Of a stretch of 64,000 bases of DNA, positions 15,201 to 26,163 are shown in pieces. The stretch comes from the human T2T-CHM13v2.0 reference genome, Homo sapiens: NCBI RefSeq assembly GCF_009914755.1, contig NC_060928.1; one strand, 5' to 3'. Positions within the stretch are counted from its first letter, which is position 1, and every line of letters begins with the position of its first letter. The notes under the pieces are model-generated. The model had not been told where the DNA came from. It searched no databases and saw only the letters and a list, made by a program, of their open reading frames with translations. The translations under genes and the position numbers were made by a program.

Positions 15201-18200
15201 GTGTGTCCTCAACTAACAGAGTTGAACCTTGGTTTTCATACAGCATTTTGGAAACACTCCTTTTGTAGAATCTGCAGGTGGATATGTGGATAGCTCTGAA
15301 GATTTCGTTGGAAACGGGAATTTCTTCATATAAAATCAAACAGAAGCATTCTCAGAAACTTCTCAGTGATGTTTGCATTCAGCTCATGGAGTTGAACACT
15401 TCCTTTCATAGAGCCGGTTTGAAACACTCTTTCTGCACTACCTGGAAGAGGACATTTCGAGCGCTTTGAGTCCTATGGTGAAAAAGGAAATATCTTCTCA
15501 TAAAAACCAGAAAGAAGCATTCTCAGAAACTTCTTTGTGTTGTGTGTACTCATGTAACAGTGTTGAACCATCCTTTTGACAGAGCAGTTTTGAAACACTC
15601 TTTTTGTAGAATCTGCAAGTGGATATTTGGATAGCTTTGAGGATTTCGTTGGAAACGGGATGACATATAATATCTAGAGAGAAGCATTCTCAGGAACTTC
15701 TTTGTGATGTTTGCATTCAAGTCACAGAATTGAACATTCCCTTTCATAGAGCAGGTTTGAAACACTCTTTCTCTAGTATCTGGAAGTGGGCATTTCAAGC
15801 GCTTTCAGGCCTATGGAGAGAAAGGAAATACCTTCAAATAAAAACTAGACAGAAGCATTCTCAGAAACTTATTTGTGATGTGTGTCCTCAACTAACAGAG
15901 TTGAACCTTTGTTTTGATACAGCATTTTGGAAACACTCCTTTTGTAGAATCTGCAGGTGGATATTTGGATAAATTTGAAGATTTCGTTGGAAACCGGAAT
16001 ATCTTCATATAAAATCAAGACAGAAGCATTCTCGGAAACATCTCTGTGATGTTTACATTCCACTCATAGGGTTGAAAACTTCCTTTCATAGAGCAGGTTT
16101 GAAACACTCTTTTTGTAATATTTGGAAGTGGACATTTGCAGCGCTTTGAGGCCTATGGTGAAAAAGGAAATATCTTCTCATAAAAACCAGAAACAAGCAT
16201 TCTCAGAAACTTCTTTTTGATGTGTGTACTCAAGTAACAGAGTTGAACCTTCCTTTTGACACAGCAGTTTTGAAACAATCTTTTTGTAGAATCTGCAAGT
16301 GGATATTTGGATAGCTTTGAGGATTTCGTTGGAAACGGGATATCTTCATATAAAATCTAGACAGAAGCATTCTCAGAAACTTCTTTGTGCTGTATGTCCT
16401 CAATTAACAGAGTTGAACCATTGCTTGGATACAGCATTTTGGAAACATTCCTTGAGTAGAATCTGCAAGTTTATATTTAGATAGATTTGAAGATTTCGTT
16501 GGAAAAGGGAATATCTCCATATAAAATCTAGAGGGAAGCATTCTCAGAAACTGCTTTGTGATGTTTCCATTCAAGTCACAGAGTTGAATATTCCCTTTTA
16601 TAGAGCACGTTTGAAACACTCTTTCTGCACTATCTGGAAGTGGACATTTCGAGCGCTTTGAGGCCTATGGTGAAAAAGGAAATATCTTCCCATAAAAACT
16701 AGACAGAAGCATTCTCAGAAACTTGTTTGTGATGTGTGTATTCAACTAACAGAGTTGAACTTTTGTTTTTACAGAGCCGTTTTAAAACACTCTTTTTGTG
16801 GAATCAGAAAGTGGATATTCGGATAGCTCTGAGGATTTCGTTGGAAGCGGGATTACATATAAAATCTAGAGAGAAGCATTCTCAGGAACTTCTTTGTGAT
16901 GTTTGCATTGAAGTCACAGAATTGAACATTCACTTTGATAGAGCAGGTTTGAAACACTCATTCTGTAGTATCTGGAAGTGGACATTTCAAGCGCTTTCAG
17001 GCCTATGGTGAGAAAGGAAATATCTTCGAATAAAAACTAGACAGAAGCATCCTCAGAAACTTATTTGTGATGTGTGTCCTCAACTAACAGAGTTGAAACT
17101 TTGTTTTGATACAGCATTTTGGAAACACTCTTTTTGTAGAATCTGCAGGTGGATATTTGGATAGCTTAGAGGGATTCGTTGGAAAGGGGATATCTTCATA
17201 TAAAATCTAGACAGAAGCATTCTCAGAAACTTATTTGTGATGTGTGTCCTCAACTAACAGAGTTGAACCTTGGTTTTGATACAGCATTTTGGAAACACTC
17301 CTTTTGTAGAATCTGCAGGTGGATATGTGGATAGCTCTGAAGATTTCGTTGGAAACGGGAATTTCTTCATATAAAATCAAACAGAAGCATTCTCAGAAAC
17401 TTCTCAGTGATGTTTGCATTCAGCTCATGGAGTTGAACACTTCCTTTCATAGAGCCGGTTTGAAACACTCTTTCTGCACTACCTGGAAGAGGACATTTCG
17501 AGCGCTTTGAGTCCTATGGTGAAAAAGGAAATATCTTCTCATAAAAACCAGAAAGAAGCATTCTCAGAAACTTCTTTGTGTTGTGTGTACTCATGTAACA
17601 GTGTTGAACCATCCTTTTGACAGAGCAGTTTTGAAACACTCTTTTTGTAGAATCTGCAAGTGGATATTTGGATAGCTTTGAGGATTTCGTTGGAAACGGG
17701 ATGACATATAATATCTAGAGAGAAGCATTCTCAGGAACTTCTTTGTGATGTTTGCATTCAAGTCACAGAATTGAACATTCCCTTTCATAGAGCAGGTTTG
17801 AAACACTCTTTCTCTAGTATCTGGAAGTGGGCATTTCAAGCGCATTCAGGCCTATGGAGAGAAAGGAAATACCTTCAAATAAAAACTAGACAGAAGCATT
17901 CTCAGAAACTTATTTGTGATGTGTGTCCTCAACTAACAGAGTTGAACCTTTGTTTTGATACAGCATTTTGGAAACACTCCTTTTGTAGAATCTGCAGGTG
18001 GATATTTGGATAAATTTGAAGATTTCGTTGGAAACCGGAATATCTTCATATAAAATCAAGACAGAAGCATTCTCGGAAACATCTCTGTGATGTTTACATT
18101 CCACTCATAGAGTTGAAAACTTCCTTTCATAGAGCAGGTTTGAAACACTCTTTTTGTAATATTTGGAAGTGGACATTTGCAGCGCTTTGAGGCCTATGGT

Positions 18201-20380
18201 GAAAAAGGAAATATCTTCTCATAAAATCCAGAAACAAGCATTCTCAGAAACTTCTTTTTGATGTGTGTACTCAAGTAACAGAGTTGAACCTTCCTTTTGA
18301 CACAGCAGTTTTGAAACAATCTTTTTGTAGAATCTGCAAGTGGATATTTGGATAGCTTTGAGGATTTCGTTGGAAACGGGATATCTTCATATAAAATCTA
18401 GACAGAAGCATTCTCAGAAACTTCTTTGTGCTGTATGTCCTCAATTAACAGAGTTGAACCATTGCTTGGATACAGCATTTTGGAAACATTCCTTGAGTAG
18501 AATCTGCAAGTTGATATTTAGATAGATTTGAAGATTTCGTTGGAAAAGGGAATATCTCCATATAAAATCTAGAGGGAAGCATTCTCAGAAACTGCTTTGT
18601 GATGTTTCCATTCAAGTCACAGAGTTGAATATTCCCTTTTATAGAGCACGTTTGAAACACTCTTTCTGCACTATCTCGAAGTGGACATTTCGAGCGCTTT
18701 GAGGCCTATGGTGAAAAAGGAAATATCTTCCCATAAAAACTAGACAGAAGCATTCTCAGAAACTTGTTTGTGATGTGTGTATTCAACTAACAGAGTTGAA
18801 CTTTTGTTTTTACAGAGCCGTTTTAAAACACTCTTTTTGTGGAATCAGAAAGTGGATATTCGGATAGCTCTGAGGATTTCGTTGGAAGCGGGATTACATA
18901 TAAAATCTAGAGAGAAGCATTCTCAGGAACTTCTTTGTGATGTTTGCATTGAAGTCACAGAATTGAACATTCACTTTGATAGAGCAGGTTTGAAACACTC
19001 ATTCTGTAGTTTCTGGAAGTGGACATTTCAAGCGCTTTCAGGCCTATGGTGAGAAAGGAAATATCTTCGAATAAAAACTAGACAGAAGCATCCTCAGAAA
19101 CTTATTTGTGATGTGTGTCCTCAACTAACAGAGTTGAATCTTTGTTTTGATACAGCATTTTGGAAACACTCTTTTTGTAGAATCTGCAGGTGGATATTTG
19201 GATAGCTTAGAGGGATTCGTTGGAAAGGGGATATCTTCATATAAAATCTAGACAGAAGCATTCTCAGAAACTTATTTGTGATGTGTGTCCTCAACTAACA
19301 GAGTTGAACCTTGGTTTTCATACAGCATTTTGGAAACACTCCTTTTGTAGAATCTGCAGGTGGATATGTGGATAGCTCTGAAGATTTCGTTGGAAACGGG
19401 AATTTCTTCATATAAAATCAAACAGAAGCATTCTCAGAAACTTCTCAGTGATGTTTGCATTCAGCTCATGGAGTTGAACACTTCCTTTCATAGAGCCGGT
19501 TTGAAACACTCTTTCTGCACTACCTGGAAGAGGACATTTCGAGCGCTTTGAGTCCTATGGTGAAAAAGGAAATATCTTCTCATAAAAACCAGAAAGAAGC
19601 ATTCTCAGAAACTTCTTTGTGTTGTGTGTACTCATGTAACAGTGTTGAACCATCCTTTTGACAGAGCAGTTTTGAAACACTCTTTTTGTAGAATCTGCAA
19701 GTGGATATTTGGATAGCTTTGAGGATTTCGTTGGAAACGGGATGACATATAATATCTAGAGAGAAGCATTCTCAGGAACTTCTTTGTGATGTTTGCATTC
19801 AAGTCACAGAATTGAACATTCCCTTTCATAGAGCAGGTTTGAAACACTCTTTCTCTAGTATCTGGAAGTGGGCATTTCAAGCGCTTTCAGGCCTATGGAG
19901 AGAAAGGAAATACCTTCAAATAAAAACTAGACAGAAGCATTCTCAGAAACTTATTTGTGATGTGTGTCCTCAACTAACAGAGTTGAACCTTTGTTTTGAT
20001 ACAGCATTTTGGAAACACTCCTTTTGTAGAATCTGCAGGTGGATATTTGGATAAATTTGAAGATTTCGTTGGAAACCGGAATATCTTCATATAAAATCAA
20101 GACAGAAGCATTCTCGGAAACATCTCTGTGATGTTTACATTCCACTCATAGGGTTGAAAACTTCCTTTCATAGAGCAGGTTTGAAACACTCTTTTTGTAA
20201 TATTTGGAAGTGGACATTTGCAGCGCTTTGAGGCCTATGGTGAAAAAGGAAATATCTTCTCATAAAAACCAGAAACAAGCATTCTCAGAAACTTCTTTTT
20301 GATGTGTGTACTCAAGTAACAGAGTTGAACCTTCCTTTTGACACAGCAGTTTTGAAACAATCTTTTTGTAGAATCTGCAA
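12217..20380 (+). repeat. 4082-bp (2 x 12-mer) tandem duplication within the 12-mer block
   Basis: Private SNVs repeat at a 4082 offset: CAAGTTTAT (~12390/16472), CAAGCGCATT (~13761/17843), AAAATCCAGA (~14145/18227), ATCTCGAAG (~14595/18677), GTAGTTTCTGG, GAATCTT, TTTTCATA, CATAGGGTTG (~16070/20152). Boundaries are approximate. Confidence 0.92.
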
Positions 20381-23300
20381 GTGGATATTTGGATAGCTTT
20401 GAGGATTTCGTTGGAAACGGGATATCTTCATATAAAATCTAGACAGAAGCATTCTCAGAAACTTCTTTGTGCTGTATGTCCTCAATTAACAGAGTTGAAC
20501 CATTGCTTGGATACAGCATTTTGGAAACATTCCTTGAGTAGAATCTACAAGTTGATATTTAGATAGATTTGAAGATTTCGTTGGAAAAGGGAATATCTCC
20601 ATATAAAATCTAGAGGGAAGCATTCTCAGAAACTGCTTTGTGATGTTTCCATTCAAGTCACAGAGTTGAATATTCCCTTTTATAGAGCACGTTTGAAACA
20701 CTCTTTCTGCACTATCTGGAAGTGGACATTTCGAGCGCTTTGAGGCCTATGGTGAAAAAGGAAATATCTTCCCATAAAAACTAGACAGAAGCATTCTCAG
20801 AAACTTGTTTGTGATGTGTGTATTCAACTAACAGAGTTGAACTTTTGTTTTTACAGAGCCGTTTTAAAACACTCTTTTTGTGGAATCAGAAAGTGGATAT
20901 TCGGATGGCTCTGAGGATTTCGTTGGAAGCGGGATTACATATAAAATCTAGAGAGAAGCATTCTCAGGAACTTCTTTGTGATGTTTGCATTGAAGTCACA
21001 GAATTGAACATTCACTTTGATAGAGCAGGTTTGAAACACTCATTCTGTAGTATCTGGAAGTGGACATTTCAAGCGCTTTCAGGCCTATGGTGAGAAAGGA
21101 AATATCTTCGAATAAAAACTAGACAGAAGCATCCTCAGAAACTTATTTGTGATGTGTGTCCTCAACTAACAGAGTTGAAACTTTGTTTTGATACAGCATT
21201 TTGGAAACACTCTTTTTGTAGAATCTGCAGGTGGATATTTGGATAGCTTAGAGGGATTCGTTGGAAAGGGGATATCTTCATATAAAATCTAGACAGAAGC
21301 ATTCTCAGAAACTTATTTGTGATGTGTGTCCTCAACTAACAGAGTTGAACCTTGGTTTTGATACAGCATTTTGGAAACACTCCTTTTGTAGAATCTGCAG
21401 GTGGATATGTGGATAGCTCTGAAGATTTCGTTGGAAACGGGAATTTCTTCATATAAAATCAAACAGAAGCATTCTCAGAAACTTCTCAGTGATGTTTGCA
21501 TTCAGCTCATGGAGTTGAACACTTCCTTTCATAGAGCCGGTTTGAAACACTCTTTCTGCACTACCTGGAAGAGGACATTTCGAGCGCTTTGAGTCCTATG
21601 GTGAAAAAGGAAATATCTTCTCATAAAAACCAGAAAGAAGCATTCTCAGAAACTTCTTTGTGTTGTGTGTACTCATGTAACAGTGTTGAACCATCCTTTT
21701 GACAGAGCAGTTTTGAAACACTCTTTTTGTAGAATCTGCAAGTGGATATTTGGATAGCTTTGAGGATTTCGTTGGAAACGGGATGACATATAATATCTAG
21801 AGAGAAGCATTCTCAGGAACCTCTTTGTGATGTTTGCATTCAAGTCACAGAATTGAACATTCCCTTTCATAGAGCAGGTTTGAAACACTCTTTCTCTAGT
21901 ATCTGGAAGTGGGCATTTCAAGCGCTTTCAGGCCTATGGAGAGAAAGGAAATACCTTCAAATAAAAACTAGACAGAAGCATTCTCAGAAACTTATTTGTG
22001 ATGTGTGTCCTCAACTAACAGAGTTGAACCTTTGTTTTGATACAGCATTTTGGAAACACTCCTTTTGTAGAATCTGCAGGTGGATATTTGGATAACTTTG
22101 AAGATTTCGTTGGAAACCGGAATATCTTCATATAAAATCAAGACAGAAGCATTCTCGGAAACATCTCTGTGATGTTTGCATTCAACTCAGTAGAGTTGAA
22201 CACTTCCTTTCATAGAGCAGGTTTGAAACACTCTTTCTGCACTACCTGGAAGCGGACATTTCGAGCGCTTTGAGGCCTATGGTGAAAAAGGAAATATCTT
22301 CTCATAAAAACCAGAAAGAAGCATTCTCAGAAACTTCTTTGTGTTGTGTGTACTCAAGTAACAGTGTTGAACCTTCCTTTTGACACAGCAGTTTTGAAAC
22401 ACTCTTTTGGTAGAATCTGCAAGTGGATATTTGGATAGCTTTGAGGATTTCATTGGAAACGGGTTATCTTCATATAAAATCCAGACAGGAGCATTCTCAG
22501 AAACTTCTCTGTGCTGCATGTCCTCAATTCACAGAGCTGAACCTTTGTTTGGATACAGCATTTTGGAAACATTCCTTTAGTAGAATCTGCAAGTTGATAT
22601 TTAGATAGCTTTGAAGATTTCGTTGGAAACGGGAATATCTTCATAGAAAATCTAGACGGAAGCATTCTCAGAAACTGCTTTGTGATGTTTGCATTCAAGT
22701 CACAGAGTTGAATATTCCCTTTTATAGAGTAGGTTTGAAACACTCTTTCGGCACTACCTGGAAGTGGATATTTCGAGCTCTTTGAGGCCTATGGTTAAAA
22801 GGAAATATCTTCCCATAAAAACTAGACAGAAGCCGTCTCAGAAACTTGTTTGTGATGTGTGTATTCAACTAACAGAGTTGAACATTTCTGTTACAGAGCA
22901 ATTTTAAAACACTCTTTTTGTGGAATCTGAAAGTGGATAATTGGATAGCTTTGTGGATTTCGTTGGAAACGGGATGACGTATAAAATCTAGAGAGAAGCA
23001 TTCTCAGGAACTTCTTTCTGATGTTTGCATTCAAGTCACAGAATTGAACATTCCTTTTCATAGTGCAGGTTTGAAACACTCTTTCTGTAGTATCTGGAAG
23101 TGGACATTTCAAGCGCTTTCAGGCCTACGGGGAGAAAGGAAATATCTTCAAATAAAAACTAGATAGAAGGATTCTCAGAAACTTATTTGTGATGTGTGTC
23201 CTAAACGAACACAGTTGAACCTTTGTTTTGATACAGCATTTTGGAAACACTCGTTTTGTAGGATCTGCAGGTGGATATTTGGATAGATTTTAAGATTTCG

Positions 23301-23612
23301 TTGGAAACGGGAGTTTCTTCATAGAAACTCAAGACAGATGCATTCTCAGAAACATCTCTGTGATGTTTGCATTCCACTCATAGAGTTGAAAACTTCCTTT
23401 CATAGAGCAGGTTTGAAACACTCTTTTTGTAATATTTGGAAGAGGATATTTGCAGCGCTTTGAGGCCTATGGTGAAAAAGGAAATATCTTCTCATAAAAA
23501 CCAGAAACAAGCATTCTCAGAAACTACTTTTTGATGTGTGTACTCAAGTAACAGAGTTGAACCTTCCTTTTGACACAGCAGTTTTGAAACAATCTTTTTG
23601 TAGAATCTGCAA
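20381..23612 (+). repeat. Full-length 19-mer HOR (3232 bp); first unit containing M12-M18
   Basis: Anchor spacing 20381->23613 = 3232. Intact M12 (CATTCAACTCAGTAGAG, ~22180) and M13-M18 first appear here. Confidence 0.95.
22448..22464 (+). promoter_or_regulatory. Mutated CENP-B box (M13; TTCG>TTCA); second copy at 28231-28247
   Basis: TTTCATTGGAAACGGGT lacks an essential core G; other HORs have TTTCGTTGGAAACGGGT here. Confidence 0.9.
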
Positions 23613-26163
23613 GTGGATATTTGGATAGCTTTGAGGATTTCGTTGGAAACGGGATATCTTCATATAAAATCTAGACAGAAGCATTCTCAGAAACTTCTTT
23701 GTGCTGTATGTCCTCAATTAACAGAGTTGAACCATTGCTTGGATACAGCATTTTGGAAACATTCCTTTAGTAGAATCTGCAAGTTGATATTTAGATAGAT
23801 TTGAAGATTTCGTTGGAAAAGGGAATATCTCCATATAAAATCTAGACGGAAGCATTCTCAGAAACTGCTTTGTGATGTTTCCATTCAAGTCACAGAGTTG
23901 AATATTCCCTTTTATAGAGCACGTTTGAAACACTCTTTCTGCACTATCTGGAAGTGGACATTTCGAGCGCTTTGAGGCCTATGGTGAAAAAGGAAATATC
24001 TTCCCATAAAAACTAGACAGAAGCATTCTCAGAAACTTGTTTGTGATGTGTGTATTCAACTAACAGAGTTGAACTTTTGTTTTTACAGAGCCGTTTTAAA
24101 ACACTCTTTTTGTGGAATCAGAAAGTGGATATTCGGATGGCTCTGAGGATTTCGTTGGAAGCGGGATTACATATAAAATCTAGAGAGAAGCATTCTCAGG
24201 AACTTCTTTGTGATGTTTGCATTGAAGTCACAGAATTGAACATTCACTTTGATAGAGCAGGTTTGAAACACTCATTCTGTAGTATCTGGAACTGGACATT
24301 TCAAGCGCTTTCAGGCCTATGGTGAGAAAGGAAATATCTTCGAATAAAAACTAGACAGAAGCATCCTCAGAAACTTATTTGTGATGTGTGTTCTCAACTA
24401 ACAGAGTTGAAACTTTGTTTTGATACAGCATTTTGGAAACACTCTTTTTGTAGAATCTGCAGGTGGATATTTGGATAGCTTAGAGGGATTCGTTGGAAAG
24501 GGGATATCTTCATATAAAATCTAGACAGAAGCATTCTCAGAAACTTATTTGTGATGTGTGTCCTCAACTAACAGAGTTGAACCTTGGTTTTGCTACAGCA
24601 TTTTGGAAACACTCCTTTTGTAGAATCTGCAGGTGGATATGTGGATAGCTCTGAAGATTTCGTTGGAAACGGGAATTTCTTCATATAAAATCAAACAGAA
24701 GCATTCTCAGAAACTTCTCAGTGATGTTTGCATTCAGCTCATGGAGTTGAACACTTCCTTTCATAGAGCCGGTTTGAAACACTCTTTCTGCACTACCTGG
24801 AAGAGGACATTTCGAGCGCTTTGAGTCCTATGGTGAAAAAGGAAATATCTTCTCATAAAAACCAGAAAGAAGCATTCTCAGAAACTTCTTTGTGTTGTGT
24901 GTACTCAAGTAACTGTGTTGAACCTTCCTTTTGACACAGCAGTTTTGAAACACTCTTTTGGTAGAATCTGCAAGTGGATATTTGGATAGCTTTGAGGATT
25001 TCGTTGGAAACGGGTTATCTTCATATAAAATCCAGACAGGAGCATTCTCAGAAACTTCTTTGTGCTGCATGTCCTCAATTCACAGAGCTGAACCTTTGTT
25101 TGGATACAGCATTTTGGAAACATTCCTTTAATAGAATCTGCAAGTTGATATTTAGATAGCTTTGAAGATTTCGTTGGAAACGGGAATATCTTCATAGAAA
25201 ATCTAGACGGAAGCATTCTCAGAAACTGCTGTGTGATGTTTGCATTCAAGTCACAGAGTTGAATATTCCCTTTTATAGAGTAGGTTTGAAACACTCTTTT
25301 GGCACTACCTGGAAGTGGATATTTCGAGCTCTTTGAGGCCTATGGTTAAAAGGAAATATCTTCCCATAAAAACTAGACAGAAGCCGTCTCAGAAACTTGT
25401 TTGTGATGTGTGTATTCAACTAACAGAGTTGAACATTTCTGTTACAGAGCAATTTTAAAACACTCTTTTTGTGGAATCTGAAAGTGGATAATTGGATAGC
25501 TTTGTGGATTTCGTTGGAAACGGGATGACGTATAAAATCTAGAGAGAAGCATTCTCAGGAACTTCTTTCTGATGTTTGCATTCAAGTCACAGAATTGAAC
25601 ATTCCTTTTCATAGTGCAGGTTTGAAACACTCTTTCTGTAGTATCTGGAAGTGGACATTTCAAGCGCTTTCAGGCCTACGGGGAGAAAGGAAATATCTTC
25701 AAATAAAAACTAGACAGAAGGATTCTCAGAAACTTATTTGTGATGTGTGTCCTAAACGAACACAGTTGAACCTTTGTTTTGATACAGCATTTTGGAAACA
25801 CTCGTTTTGTAGGATCTGCAGGTGGATATTTGGATAGATTTTAAGATTTCGTTGGAAACGGGAGTTTCTTCATGGAAACTCAAGACAGATGCATTCTCGG
25901 AAACATCTCTGTGATGTTTGCATTCCACTCATACAGTTGAAAACTTCCTTTCATAGAGCAGGTTTGAAACACTCTTTTTGTAATATTTGGAAGTGGACAT
26001 TTGCAGCGCTTTGAGGCCTATGGTGAAAAAGGAAATATCTTCTCATAAAAACCAGAAACAAGCATTCTCGGAAACTTCTTTTTGATGTGTGTAGTCAAGT
26101 AACAGAGTTGAACCTTCCTTTTGACACAGCAGTTTTGAAACAATCTTTTTGTAGAATCTGCAA
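23613..26163 (+). repeat. 15-mer HOR variant (2551 bp; 4 monomers deleted)
   Basis: Anchor spacing 2551 = 3232-681. The M8 box (GAGTCCTATGG, 24826) is followed directly by M13-type sequence (TACTCAAG, 24908). Confidence 0.94.

Larger units (their letters stand above)
1..20380 (+). repeat. Tandem block of ten 12-mer HOR variants (2041 bp; M1-M11 plus a hybrid M12/M19 monomer)
   Basis: The anchor recurs at 2013, 4054, 6095, 8135, 10176, 12217, 14258, 16299, 18340 and 20381 (period 2041, one of 2040). Each unit has the hybrid junction AAGACAGAAGCATTCTCGGAAAC..TGATGTTTACATTCCACTCATAGAG. The block runs off the left edge. Confidence 0.96.

Noticed and set aside
1-20380. 2.0-kb 12-mer suggesting DXZ1 (chrX) or D18Z1, or a chimeric join of two centromeres
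   Set aside because: The 12-mer monomers are essentially identical to M1-M11 and M12/M19 of the adjacent 19-mer and share SNVs with it, so it is a deletion derivative. It also lacks the SF3 pentamer organisation of DXZ1.
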